64,000 bases of DNA, from contig JAGVOW010000016.1 in NCBI GenBank assembly GCA_020052515.1, forward strand, positions 162 through 64,161, written 5' to 3'. The notes beneath the pieces were generated by a model. The model was given only the letters and a program-made list of their open reading frames with translations. It was not told where the DNA came from and searched no databases. Positions 28,552 through 38,179 of the stretch are shown piece by piece; the stretch's first letter is position 1; the number at the start of each line of letters is the position of its first letter. The position numbers and the translations under genes were made by a program. This DNA comes from Brevinematales bacterium (GTDB lineage Bacteria; Spirochaetota; Brevinematia; Brevinematales; JAOACQ01).

Positions 28552-29021
28552 ATTATACTTTATCAGTGTTGGTAGAAAACCACTTTGGTGTTTTGGCCAG
28601 AGTTTCCGGCCTTTTTTCCGCGCGGGGGTTTAACATTTCGAGTCTGGCTGTGGCTGAAACGGAGGACCCAACTGTTTCGGTTATGACCATAGTTGTGGAT
28701 GGGGATGAGAGAATATTGGATCAGGTCAAGAAGCAGTTGAATAAACTCATTGATGTGATTAAGGTAAAGGATTTGTCGGAACAGGACCATCTTTCTAGAG
28801 AGCTAGCGCTTGTGAAAGTCGGTGTGGACAGTCAAAAACGCCGCGAAATCATAGAAATCGCGGATGTCTTTAAAGGCAGGGTGGTTGACATTTCTCATGA
28901 GACGATTACGCTGGAATTGACAGGAGATACCAAGAAGATTGACGCTGTTGTTGATCTGCTCAAAGCTTATGGGATCAAAGAGATGGCGAGAACCGGAAAA
29001 GTAGCCCTGGTTCGGGGATAA
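28548..29021 (+). CDS. ilvN: Acetolactate synthase small (regulatory) subunit
   Basis: ACT domain 'LSVLVENHFGVLARVSGLFSARGFNISSLAV'. Confidence 0.9.
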   Translation: MNYTLSVLVENHFGVLARVSGLFSARGFNISSLAVAETEDPTVSVMTIVVDGDERILDQVKKQLNKLIDVIKVKDLSEQDHLSRELALVKVGVDSQKRREIIEIADVFKGRVVDISHETITLELTGDTKKIDAVVDLLKAYGIKEMARTGKVALVRG

Positions 29022-29347
29022 TGATGGCGAGCCTGGCTTATAAATTGGAGGAGCGTTTTACTTATTCGGATTATGTCTTAATTGTATCCCCTATTGATGT
29101 TGTTTTTTCAGAAGAAGACGTGGTTCAGCCGGATATTGTGGTGGTCTGCGATTCGAAAATTGTAAAAGAAAGAGGGGTTTTTGGCGCTCCGACGGTTGTG
29201 ATCGAGGTGCTTTCTTCTTCGACAGCAGAAAAGGATAAGCAGGGGAAGTATTCCGAAGCGGATATTTTCTCGGAAAAGCAGAGAATGGATTTAAAATCGC
29301 TGGAAATTGCCCTGAATTTAAAGCAGGTTTTTGAAATTGAGATGTAA
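29021..29347 (+). pseudogene. Miniaturised Uma2 (DUF820) family endonuclease remnant
   Basis: The core 'VVQPDIVVVCDSKIV...GAPTVVIEVLSSSTAEKDKQGKY' is the Uma2 signature. At 108 aa the ORF is well short of my recollection of the family's full length, and flanking segments appear to be missing. Confidence 0.5.
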
Positions 29348-29367
29348 AATATAAACAGGAGGAGTTT

Positions 29368-30384
29368 GTGAAGGTTTACCATGAGGCAGAAGCGAAAATA
29401 GACGCTTTAAAAAACAAGAAGGTGGCTATCATTGGCTATGGAAGCCAGGGATACGCGCATTCGAATAATCTACATGATTCAGGCATTCAAGTAGTAGTAG
29501 GCCTGCGGAAGGGAAGCCCTTCCTGGAAGAAAGTGGAAGCGGCAGGTTTAAAAGCAATGGAAGTGGAAGAAGCGGCAAAATGGGCGGACATTGTGATGAT
29601 GCTTCTGCCGGATGAAATGCAGGGTGAAGTTTATGCCAATTCAATCAAGGACAATCTAAGCGCGGGGAAGATGCTGATGTTTGCCCATGGCTTTAACATT
29701 CATTTTGGCCAGATTGTTCCAGGGGCTGATATTGATGTGGCTATGGTCGCGCCGAAAGGGCCGGGCCATATGGTACGCGCGGAGTATCAAAAGGGCGCTG
29801 GGGTTCCATGTCTGGTAGCGATTCATCAGAATGCTTCCGGAAAAGCCCTGGAGGTCGCGCTCTCTTATGCGAATGGTATCGGCGGAGCGCGGGCGGGAGT
29901 GATCGAGACAACGTTTAAGGTTGAAACAGAAACTGACCTCTTCGGCGAACAGGCCGTTCTTTGCGGCGGCGTGACTCACTTGATGGCTGCTGGTTTTGAG
30001 ACACTCGTAGAGGCTGGATATCCCCCGGAAATGGCTTATTTTGAATGTATTCACGAGATGAAGCTGATTGTTGACTTGATTTATCAGGGCGGATTTTCCG
30101 ATATGCGCTATTCTATTTCCAATACGGCGGAATACGGCGATTATGTCTCCGGGCCTTATGTCATAGACGCCGGTGTCAAGATCCGTATGAAAGAAGTTCT
30201 CCGCCGCATCCAGCAGGGTGAATTTGCCCGTGATTGGATGTTGGAAAACAAGGTGAACAAGCCTTCCTTTATGGCAAAACGCAATGGTTGGGCGGAACAT
30301 CAGCTCGAAAAAATTGGAGCGAGCCTTCGCGCGTTGATGCCCTGGATACAGAAAAGCAAAATTGTGGATAAAACAAAGAATTAG
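29368..30384 (+). CDS. ilvC: Ketol-acid reductoisomerase
   Basis: '[17 protein letters not shown]' and '[10 protein letters not shown]'; GTG start. Confidence 0.95.
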   Translation: MKVYHEAEAKIDALKNKKVAIIGYGSQGYAHSNNLHDSGIQVVVGLRKGSPSWKKVEAAGLKAMEVEEAAKWADIVMMLLPDEMQGEVYANSIKDNLSAGKMLMFAHGFNIHFGQIVPGADIDVAMVAPKGPGHMVRAEYQKGAGVPCLVAIHQNASGKALEVALSYANGIGGARAGVIETTFKVETETDLFGEQAVLCGGVTHLMAAGFETLVEAGYPPEMAYFECIHEMKLIVDLIYQGGFSDMRYSISNTAEYGDYVSGPYVIDAGVKIRMKEVLRRIQQGEFARDWMLENKVNKPSFMAKRNGWAEHQLEKIGASLRALMPWIQKSKIVDKTKN

Positions 30385-31003
30385 TTTGAAACAGATTATT
30401 ATTTTTCTTTCCGTCTTTCTCCTTTTGTCCTGTACCACAAGCGCGGTGAAAGAAAGTAGTGAGAAAGCGTTTTTTACTAATGATACAATTAATGTCCGGG
30501 CAAAGAAGTCCGGACTTCCTGAGGGTGTTTCCCGCGCTTATCTTTTGTTGTTTACAGACTATGTCGGCAATTTTGATCTACAGAAAGAGTTTGATAAAAA
30601 CTTAAGGTTTTCTCTTGCCAGTCTGGGCATTTCTACAGAGACAAAAATGCGCGGCGCGGAAGTCTTTATCAGCGGTGAATTAAAGTTCTTTGCGATTTTT
30701 CCGGCCCAAAGGATAACCAATACCGCGGCAGGCTTGTTTTACGCTTTAAGGCTCAATTACTCGGTGTTTAACCCGGAAAACCAGGTAATTCAAAAAGATA
30801 AGATGGAAGAAAATATCTTAGTCGCCGATACAAATACTTATCCTTATGAAAAAGTTTTTCCTATTCTGGTGCAGAGCGCCGCGCGTCATACCGCCGAAGC
30901 GATATGCTACGGCTGGCAGTTGTCTTATTCCAGGACCACAAACCAGGTTACAACTTTAGGGGAGTTTCGTGAAACCAATTATTATACTAACCGGTCCAAA
31001 TGA
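30362..31003 (+). CDS. Lipoprotein, possibly LptE-like
   Basis: Lipobox 'FLLLSC' (alternative TTG start at 30386). About 200 aa, directly upstream of and overlapping holA, which mirrors the proteobacterial lptE-holA synteny. There is no clear sequence motif. Confidence 0.3.
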   Translation: MWIKQRISLKQIIIFLSVFLLLSCTTSAVKESSEKAFFTNDTINVRAKKSGLPEGVSRAYLLLFTDYVGNFDLQKEFDKNLRFSLASLGISTETKMRGAEVFISGELKFFAIFPAQRITNTAAGLFYALRLNYSVFNPENQVIQKDKMEENILVADTNTYPYEKVFPILVQSAARHTAEAICYGWQLSYSRTTNQVTTLGEFRETNYYTNRSK

Positions 31004-31889
31004 AGTCTACAAGCGGGAGAACCTGCAAAAAATCCTCAGCGGTATTCCGCGGGAAGAGATTGCTGTTTATTACGCCGATGAAACAGAACCTTCTGTGATA
31101 TTCGCTCAATGCTATCAGAATTCACTTTTTGGCAGTCATAATGTGGTAGTGGTTAAAAACCCCGATGCATCGAAAATAAAAAAGGTTTTTCAGGAAGCAA
31201 TGGAAAAATATTTAGAATCCATAAATCTGGAAACTAATCTGATTGTCCTGGCCGAATCTCTGGATTCTTCACTTCTGGAAAAAGCGGAAGAAAAGGGCGG
31301 CGAGGTGATTCTATTTAAAAAACCCTATCAGAAGGAACTTTTGAATTATACCAGAGAAAGATTGGAAAAAAACTTTATTCAATTTGAACCGGATTTGCCT
31401 CATTTTCTGGTTTCTCTGGCCAATGAGGAACTGGAAGATCTGGACAGGATGATGAGCGTCCTCCTTTCTTTCGCGCAAAGTACAAAGGCCATTTCAGTCC
31501 AGGAAGCGGAAAATATTCTGGAACGTTCTCATAACAGCAATGTTTTTGACCTGATTGGGAGTATTTTTAACAAACAAGTGGAGAAAGCCCTGCAGGTTTT
31601 AGAAGATTTGAAATTGCTGGGAGAACCTCTGACGCGCGTCAATTATATGCTGCTTCGGAGCGCGAAGCTTCTCTGGGGATATTTGTCCTTGAAAAGCAAG
31701 GCAGAGGCGGCGCGGCTTTTAAGCATAAAGCCTTATGAAGTAAAAAAGCTTTCCGAGTACGCGAGAGTATCTGACCTGCGCTTCACAAGCCGGGTTCTGG
31801 AACTGGCCGCGAAAATCGAGCTGAAAGTCAAGTCGATGCCGGAAGAATTCGCTTATCTCGAGCTGGAAACTTTTATCTGCTCGATGTGA
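30969..31889 (+). CDS. holA: DNA polymerase III subunit delta
   Basis: 306 aa; an N-terminal '[14 protein letters not shown]' and 'NVFDLIGSIFNKQVEKALQVLEDL' match the HolA pattern. Confidence 0.7.
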   Translation: MKPIIILTGPNEVYKRENLQKILSGIPREEIAVYYADETEPSVIFAQCYQNSLFGSHNVVVVKNPDASKIKKVFQEAMEKYLESINLETNLIVLAESLDSSLLEKAEEKGGEVILFKKPYQKELLNYTRERLEKNFIQFEPDLPHFLVSLANEELEDLDRMMSVLLSFAQSTKAISVQEAENILERSHNSNVFDLIGSIFNKQVEKALQVLEDLKLLGEPLTRVNYMLLRSAKLLWGYLSLKSKAEAARLLSIKPYEVKKLSEYARVSDLRFTSRVLELAAKIELKVKSMPEEFAYLELETFICSM

Positions 31890-31987
31890 ACGGTTCTATC
31901 TCTCGAGATTTTAATTATTCCTTCCACTAATCCAACGGCTATTTAGGCTATACTACCTGACTGGGTGTACAAAAATAGGAAATTCTG

Positions 31988-32243
31988 TTATGGAAATACT
32001 TTGTAAATGTCTTTTCGATGTCTAAAACGAATAAAAAATACAAATTCTCAAACCCATACGGTAATCTCGAATCCGGATACGATAAAAGGACTTGTAACCT
32101 TCCATTTTCTTCATGTTCTTGATTTCGCGAATGCCGCCCGATTTTTTTATTTCAATAATGGTATCTTGAACCTTTTGGAGAAGGAGTTAGTCATTGATTT
32201 TATCAACATCTTTATCAAAAGCGCGATCAAGTTTAATATTCAT
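31988..32243 (-). pseudogene. RelE/ParE-family toxin pseudogene (in-frame TAA at codon 19 plus a frameshifting deletion)
   Basis: Hand translation gives MNIKLDRAFDKDVDKIND*LLLQKVQDTIIEIKKSGGIREIKNMKKMEGYKSFYRIRIRDYRMGL. A shift to +1 then gives EFVFFIRFRHRKDIYKVFP*. 'YRIRI.DYR' and 'HRKDIYK.FP' are RelE/ParE hallmarks. Confidence 0.65.
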
Positions 32244-32473
32244 GCAAGACCTGCGATCTTTCTGTTTAGTTTCTTCATAAATTTAGCTTCATCAACATAT
32301 TCGCCAGTTTCACCCTCCTCCATAAGCCTGCCGAGAGCTTTGTCTTCAATGGCTTCAAGAAACATGGTAAGAACATGCTCGTCGACAAAGATATGGGCGA
32401 CAGTCTCTTCTACAGCTTTATGAACAGCGTTTTCAACTAAATCTTCAAGTTCTTGCCGCTTTTTTGTTTGCCT
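32240..32473 (-). pseudogene. 5'-truncated antitoxin remnant coupled (ATGA overlap) to the RelE/ParE pseudogene
   Basis: Open frame ...QELEDLVENAVHKAVEETVAHIFVDEHVLTMFLEAIEDKALGRLMEEGETGEYVDEAKFMKKLNRKIAGLA*. There is no ATG/GTG/TTG between the upstream TAA and the internal Met. Confidence 0.4.
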
Positions 32474-32614
32474 TTATTTATTCTGGCTTGTAAAATATTG
32501 GAATTTGGCGGTTAACCTAAAGCACATATTTAAGATAGAACCTCTTAAGTAGGAGAGAATGTTATGTTTTTTAATGTTGTTAAAGCAAAATACATCAGGG
32601 ATTATCTGGTTGAA

Positions 32615-33172
32615 TTAGGCTTCAGCTTGCTCTTTACCCTTCTTCTCTTTTTCTTCAACCTGAGGCAGTTCTACCACGACAGAATTGGACAAAATGTCAT
32701 GAATTTTTTGGTGATAAGCCGGCTGCATCGTGAAGATCAAGGGAAGGTAGAAAAGGGGAGAAAAGATAAAAATAACCGTGTATTTCCAGATTCCCTGCAG
32801 GATAGAAAGCCTTTTCTTATCAAGCGTAATCACCGCTATTTTCAAGATCTTCGCGCCCAGAGTTTGGCCGTTTGATTTCCAGAAAAGGCTAAAATAGGAA
32901 GCCTGCGCGATAAAAGTCGCGACAATCATTTGAAAACGATGGCGTTCAGAAAAATCAAAGATCATTTTAAAATAAAGTGTCTGGTCTTTTTGTTCCGCGA
33001 TCGGTAAGAGTTCTTTATAAAACGCCGCGATAAATAAGACATCAATGATAATGGTCAGAAGGGTTAAATCCAGAAGAAAAGCTAGAAATCTTTTCCAGCC
33101 TGGCGCGAATTTTAGAGTAATGGGTGTTTCAGCTTTAACCGTTTCTCGAATGACATTCTCTTCTGTATCCAT
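32615..33172 (-). CDS. RDD-family membrane protein
   Basis: 'GWKRFLAFLLDLTLLTIIIDVLF' RDD-type start with three TM segments. Confidence 0.65.
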   Translation of the reverse strand: MDTEENVIRETVKAETPITLKFAPGWKRFLAFLLDLTLLTIIIDVLFIAAFYKELLPIAEQKDQTLYFKMIFDFSERHRFQMIVATFIAQASYFSLFWKSNGQTLGAKILKIAVITLDKKRLSILQGIWKYTVIFIFSPLFYLPLIFTMQPAYHQKIHDILSNSVVVELPQVEEKEKKGKEQAEA

Positions 33173-34059
33173 TAAATTCCCTCAATAATATTCTGTATCT
33201 GCAGGTATTTTTCCCGCGTCTTTTGAATAATGTCCGAGGGCAAAGGAGGAGCAGGCGGTTTTTTATCCCATTTTATCTGAATTAAATAATCCCGGACAAA
33301 CTGTTTATCAAAGCTTTTTGGGCTTTCTCCAATTCGGTAGGATTCCCCTTCCCAGTAGCGGGAAGAATCCGGTGTTAAAACTTCGTCCACGAGGATCAAC
33401 TCACCCTTTTCATCCAGGCCGAACTCAAATTTTGTATCCGCGAGGATTATTCCCTTCTTTTTCATTATTTCTTTTGCTTTCCGGTACAATTCAATAGAAG
33501 CGTCTCTGATTTGATGGCCTACTTCTTTTCCTACTATATTTAAAAATTCGGAATAATTAATATTCTCATCATGGCCTACCTCCGCTTTTGTGGAAGGTGT
33601 AAAAATTGGTTCAGGCAGATCCTGGGCCAGTTTTAAACCTTTCGGCAATGGATTTCCGCCGGCAGTTCCATTCTTTTCATATTCCTCATATACGCTTCCG
33701 AACAAATATCCCCGGACAACGCATTCTATGGGCAATCGGTTTAACTTCCGAATCAAGACTGAGCGTTCCGGAATACCTTCGTAATTCTTGAGAAAGGGAA
33801 GTTTTTCTTCCGGTTTCTCAGAAACGAGGTGATTTTTTATCTGCTTCATCTTAGAAAACCAGATATTCGAAATCCGGTTCAGTATTTTTCCCTTTTCCAG
33901 AATGCCTTCCTGAAATACCACATCAAAAGCGGAAATTCTATCCGTAGTGACAATCAGCCATTCTTTCTCAGAAATCTCATAAATATCCCGGACCTTACCG
34001 CTGAATAACTTTTTGAGCTCATGGATATCGGTTTTTACGATCGCTTTTTGTGTTTCCAT
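33172..34059 (-). CDS. purC: Phosphoribosylaminoimidazole-succinocarboxamide (SAICAR) synthase
   Basis: 'LFSGKVRDIYEI' and 'VTTDRISAFDVV'; long-form PurC. Confidence 0.9.
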   Translation of the reverse strand: METQKAIVKTDIHELKKLFSGKVRDIYEISEKEWLIVTTDRISAFDVVFQEGILEKGKILNRISNIWFSKMKQIKNHLVSEKPEEKLPFLKNYEGIPERSVLIRKLNRLPIECVVRGYLFGSVYEEYEKNGTAGGNPLPKGLKLAQDLPEPIFTPSTKAEVGHDENINYSEFLNIVGKEVGHQIRDASIELYRKAKEIMKKKGIILADTKFEFGLDEKGELILVDEVLTPDSSRYWEGESYRIGESPKSFDKQFVRDYLIQIKWDKKPPAPPLPSDIIQKTREKYLQIQNIIEGI

Positions 34060-34063
34060 TTTC

Positions 34064-36415
34064 TCAACCCCTTAAATAGGCCTTGTATTGGCTGGATAAT
34101 TTTTCTATTAATTTCTCCATTACGTCATTGACCTCTTTATCGTTCAAGGTTTTTTCCAGATTCTGAAAAGTAATCGAGAAAGTCAGGCTCTTTTTATTAA
34201 CGCCTAGTTGTAAATTTTGAAACAAGTCGACAAAACGCGCATTTACGATCCAGGGATGGAAAGTTTCTATAGTCTGCATCAAATCCCTTCCCATAACCGG
34301 ATCATCCACTACCAGCGAAATATCGCGGGAAACGGGCGGGAATTTGCTGAATGGCTTGATTTCCTGACTCTGGTTTATAGCTTGATCTAAGGGCAAAAGC
34401 TCTAACTCAGCTATATAAACAGGATAGCGTAAATCCAACTTCTGAGATATATCAGGGTGTAATTCGCCGACAAATCCTAATGGCGTATTGTCCAGAAAAA
34501 CAAGAGCTGAATTCGCCGGGTGCAAGAACGGAAGCGCCGCATTTTTATAGCTCAAATTTTTGCCGCCGGCCATTTTTGTTATCCATTCTACTATCCCGGA
34601 TGCTTTATAATAATTCTCGTCTTTACCGTATAAAATCAACCCGATCTTTTGGGCCTCGCTGTCCCCATCCTTTTTCTTCGTAAATGTCCTTCCTATTTCG
34701 AATAAGCGGATATTGTCACGGTAAGCGGTTTTTACATTATAGTCACATGTTTTTAAAAGGCCGCAAAAGAGATAGTTTCTTAAAAGAGAAGCGTCATTGG
34801 ACAAAGGGTTTTGTAACTTTAAAACATCCTGGCCGTAAGATAAGAATTTTTTCAATTCCTCTTCATTTGTAAAGGTAGTTTGATAAATTTCGGTAAAACC
34901 TTGCGCTGGTAGAATCTCTCTTAGTTTTTCTTGAATGTCTTTCCTGGGGGAAAGGCTCGTAATATCGATAGCGGGTTTAAAGCTGTTTTGCGGAATATTA
35001 TTATATCCGTAGATTCTTGCGACTTCTTCCACTATATCAATAGATTTGCTGATATCAGAACGGTAAGTGGGCACTTTCACTTCCAATGAATCTTCTCTTT
35101 TCGCTAATATGGAAAACAGAAGGCGTTTTAAAATCGATTCGATTTCTTTCAGGGATAAATCAACACCAATCTTTGATGAAATAAAATCGGCTTTTACATT
35201 AATAATGGTATCTTTAAAAATGTTTACATACTCATCATGAATCTTTGAAATTTGAGGACTACAGGTGGCCTGGAGCAGTTCTGTCGCACGTTCAAGAGCG
35301 CTGACAGTTACGCCCCAATCAGCCGTACGTTCAAAGCGGTAGGAAGATTCGGTTTTGATCCCGGTTTTCCTGGATGTCTTGCGAATGGAAAGGGGGTCAA
35401 AGTAGGCGCTTTCTAAGAGGATGTCTTTTGTCGAATCCAGAATTTCACTGTTTTCTCCTCCCATAACACCGGCTAAAGCAACGGTTTTTTTGCCGTCAGC
35501 TATCACCAGCATTTCCTTACTCAGGGTATGATCCTGGCCATCCAGTGTCTTGAAATGTTCACCGGCAGAAGCGGAGCGGACAATAATTTTTTTACCTTCC
35601 AATTTATCTAAATCAAACGCATGCATAGGATGGCCATACTCCAGAAGGACATAGTTGGTAACGTCTACCACATTATTAATGGGGCGGATTCCGCAAAGTT
35701 CCAATCGCTTTTTCATCCAGTCGGGGGAATCTTTTATTTCGATTTTTTTTAATATTCTAGCCGAATACCGCGGACAGCTATTTCTTTCCCGGATCTCAAT
35801 ATTGGGGATATCCTCAATAGTTGCAGGAATTTCTGTCTTCGGCAAATGGAGCTCTTTTCCCGTTATAGCGGATATTTCCCGGGCAATACCGATGACAGAT
35901 AGGCAATCTGAACGGTTTGCCGTTAGTTCAATTTCCAAAATAAAGTCTTCTTCGGAATAAGCAGCAAAAAGCGACAGCGCGTTCTTTTCTTCTTTGCCCA
36001 AAATCCAGATATCAGCACTTTTTTCTTCCAGATTCAGATGTTCTTTTGCCAGAAGCATTCCCTCGGATTTTTCATCTTTAATCACAGCCTCTTTTATTTC
36101 CTGGCCATTTGGGAGGACTGTCCCGGGAAGGCCCAGGACAACGAAGTGCCCTTTTTCCAGATTTTTACTGTTGGAAACAATGGAATAATTGTTTTTCTGA
36201 GCGCTGACGGATACTAATTTGAGAAGCTCGGACTGAGGATGATTCTTGACTTCAATGACCTTCGTGAGCAGTATTTGAGAGGAATTTTCCTTATCTACTC
36301 CCACTTTCTTTATGCCGGCTACTTCCGGGCCTGCTAATGTCAATTTATTTGCCAATTCCCTGGGACTTAAATCAAAATGCACAAACTCTTTGAGCCAGTT
36401 GTAAGTTACCTTCAT
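34064..36415 (-). CDS. pheT: Phenylalanine--tRNA ligase beta subunit
   Basis: 783 aa; 'MKVTYNWLKEFV' start and B3/4, B5 and FDX-ACB order; adjacent to pheS. Confidence 0.95.
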   Translation of the reverse strand: MKVTYNWLKEFVHFDLSPRELANKLTLAGPEVAGIKKVGVDKENSSQILLTKVIEVKNHPQSELLKLVSVSAQKNNYSIVSNSKNLEKGHFVVLGLPGTVLPNGQEIKEAVIKDEKSEGMLLAKEHLNLEEKSADIWILGKEEKNALSLFAAYSEEDFILEIELTANRSDCLSVIGIAREISAITGKELHLPKTEIPATIEDIPNIEIRERNSCPRYSARILKKIEIKDSPDWMKKRLELCGIRPINNVVDVTNYVLLEYGHPMHAFDLDKLEGKKIIVRSASAGEHFKTLDGQDHTLSKEMLVIADGKKTVALAGVMGGENSEILDSTKDILLESAYFDPLSIRKTSRKTGIKTESSYRFERTADWGVTVSALERATELLQATCSPQISKIHDEYVNIFKDTIINVKADFISSKIGVDLSLKEIESILKRLLFSILAKREDSLEVKVPTYRSDISKSIDIVEEVARIYGYNNIPQNSFKPAIDITSLSPRKDIQEKLREILPAQGFTEIYQTTFTNEEELKKFLSYGQDVLKLQNPLSNDASLLRNYLFCGLLKTCDYNVKTAYRDNIRLFEIGRTFTKKKDGDSEAQKIGLILYGKDENYYKASGIVEWITKMAGGKNLSYKNAALPFLHPANSALVFLDNTPLGFVGELHPDISQKLDLRYPVYIAELELLPLDQAINQSQEIKPFSKFPPVSRDISLVVDDPVMGRDLMQTIETFHPWIVNARFVDLFQNLQLGVNKKSLTFSITFQNLEKTLNDKEVNDVMEKLIEKLSSQYKAYLRG

Positions 36416-36425
36416 CCGTTTCCTC

Positions 36426-37451
36426 CTACTTCACAAATTGTTCTAAAAGGCGCAGGTCATTTTCATAGAAGAAGCGAATGTCTTTGATGCCGTAAACCAC
36501 CATGGCCACTCTTTCAATGCCCATTCCAAAAGCAAATCCGGAATAAACTTCTGAATCAATCCCACAGTTTTCTAAAACCACAGGATTGACCATACCGCAG
36601 CCCATTAATTCAACCCAGCCTGTGTGCTTGCAGACTCCACAGCCAGGCCCATGACAAACCGGGCAGGTAACTGCCAATTCCGCGGAAGGCTCTGTAAAAG
36701 GGAAAAAATCAGGCCGCAGCCGGATGTTTGTTTTTTCCCCGAACATCATCTTTGCCCAGAGAAGTAAAGTGCCTTTCAAATCAGCAAATGAAAGGCCTTT
36801 GTCCACAACTAAGCCTTCCATCTGATAAAAAGTAGGGGAATGGGTCGCGTCACTGGCGTCCCTTCTATAACATCTGCCCGGCACAATGATAGCCAGAGGC
36901 GGCTTTTTATTCTTCATAGTGCGGATCTGAACAGGAGAAGTGTGCGTTCGGAGAAGCTTGCCTTTTCCCATATAGAAAGAATCATGGTCATCTCTAGCCG
37001 GATGATAAGGGGGGATATTCAGCGCGTCAAAGTTGTAGTATTCTTCTTCCAGTTCCGGGCCATCTTCTACCGCGTAACCCATACTCTTGAAAATATTTAC
37101 CATTTTTTCTGTGACTAATGTCAGCGGGTGCGAAAATCCCATAGGAGGAACGGACTGCGGAATGGAAATATCAGCAACGCCGCTTCTGAGTTTAGCTTCT
37201 TTAAGAGACTTTTCAATGGATAAGGACGCCTCCTCAAAGAGCTTTCCGATCTCATCTTTAATTTCATTAGCGAATCTACCGATTTCTTTGCGGGTATCTT
37301 CGCTCATTTCACCCAATTTACCCAGAACTTCTTTTACAACGCCTTTTTTACCAAGGTATTTTACCCGAAGTTCTTCGAGGATCCTGGAATCCAGAGCCTT
37401 TTTCAGCTCATTTTTTGCTTCATCCCGGATTTTTGAGAGCTGTTCTTTCAT
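36426..37451 (-). CDS. pheS: Phenylalanine--tRNA ligase alpha subunit
   Basis: 'HPARDDHDSFY', 'LLRTHTSPVQIR' and 'FFPFTEPSAEL'. Confidence 0.95.
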   Translation of the reverse strand: MKEQLSKIRDEAKNELKKALDSRILEELRVKYLGKKGVVKEVLGKLGEMSEDTRKEIGRFANEIKDEIGKLFEEASLSIEKSLKEAKLRSGVADISIPQSVPPMGFSHPLTLVTEKMVNIFKSMGYAVEDGPELEEEYYNFDALNIPPYHPARDDHDSFYMGKGKLLRTHTSPVQIRTMKNKKPPLAIIVPGRCYRRDASDATHSPTFYQMEGLVVDKGLSFADLKGTLLLWAKMMFGEKTNIRLRPDFFPFTEPSAELAVTCPVCHGPGCGVCKHTGWVELMGCGMVNPVVLENCGIDSEVYSGFAFGMGIERVAMVVYGIKDIRFFYENDLRLLEQFVK

Positions 37452-37465
37452 GATAAAACCCCTTT

Positions 37466-38176
37466 CTATTCCGTATAGCCGCCGCTGTAACTTGCGGCAA
37501 GCTCATAGAGATTTTCTTCTTCTTTTTTAAAGAGATGGACCGAAATGCCAGAGTTTCTCGCCCCTATAGAATCGGCGGCTTTTGCATCGCCGATAAAAAT
37601 GGTTTCGGGTTTATCCGCGCCTAATTTCTGGATCGCGGTTTCAAAAATGATCGGAGATGGTTTTGAAAATCCTACCTCGTCGGAGAAAGTAATGTCGTCA
37701 AAATAATGGTAAATAGCCAATTCTTTGAGCAAAATTCTGTGAGTATTTCCAGGTGTTCTATCCGCATTGGAAATGAGGCCGATTTTTTTACTTCGTTCTT
37801 TCAAAAGCTCCAAAGTATTCTCGCTGCCCTTGATTAATTTGGGAGAAATCTGAAGAATAGAATCGCTATAGCAATCATAAACCCTTTTAAAAACAATCAC
37901 ATCATGGATATTCAAAAGAGATAATAAATAATCTACCTGCTGAAATGGAGTAAAAGTGATAGCGCTTTTTTCTCTTAACTCTGACATATAACTTATCATT
38001 TCCGCGTACTTTTTCTGAAGTACGGCAAATTTAATCGGAAAGAGCGATTTTTCTAGAATGGTATAAATATTATCCAGCCGGTATCTTTCTCTTTCTACCA
38101 TTCCCTCTGAATCATCCAGAATAATATTGTATAAATCAAATAGGAAACATGAATAATTATGCATCAGCATCTCCAT
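37466..38176 (-). CDS. HAD-superfamily hydrolase
   Basis: 'FLFDLYNIIL' (motif I-like), 'GLISNADRT' and 'IFIGDAKAADSIGARNSG'. Confidence 0.6.
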   Translation of the reverse strand: MEMLMHNYSCFLFDLYNIILDDSEGMVERERYRLDNIYTILEKSLFPIKFAVLQKKYAEMISYMSELREKSAITFTPFQQVDYLLSLLNIHDVIVFKRVYDCYSDSILQISPKLIKGSENTLELLKERSKKIGLISNADRTPGNTHRILLKELAIYHYFDDITFSDEVGFSKPSPIIFETAIQKLGADKPETIFIGDAKAADSIGARNSGISVHLFKKEEENLYELAASYSGGYTE

Positions 38177-38179
38177 TCC

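Noticed and set aside
29656-30438. 260-aa ORF antisense to ilvC
   Set aside because: It is a shadow ORF within a very well supported ilvC CDS.
32007-32423. 138-aa + strand ORF listed in the track
   Set aside because: It has no features of a real protein. It is the antisense shadow of the decayed RelE/ParE-antitoxin module, which explains the region better.
32564-32875. 103-aa + strand ORF
   Set aside because: All but its first 17 codons are antisense to the RDD-family gene. Only the 5' stub (good RBS, 'VVKAKYIRDYLVEL') might be a remnant of a small gene, and it is too short to call.
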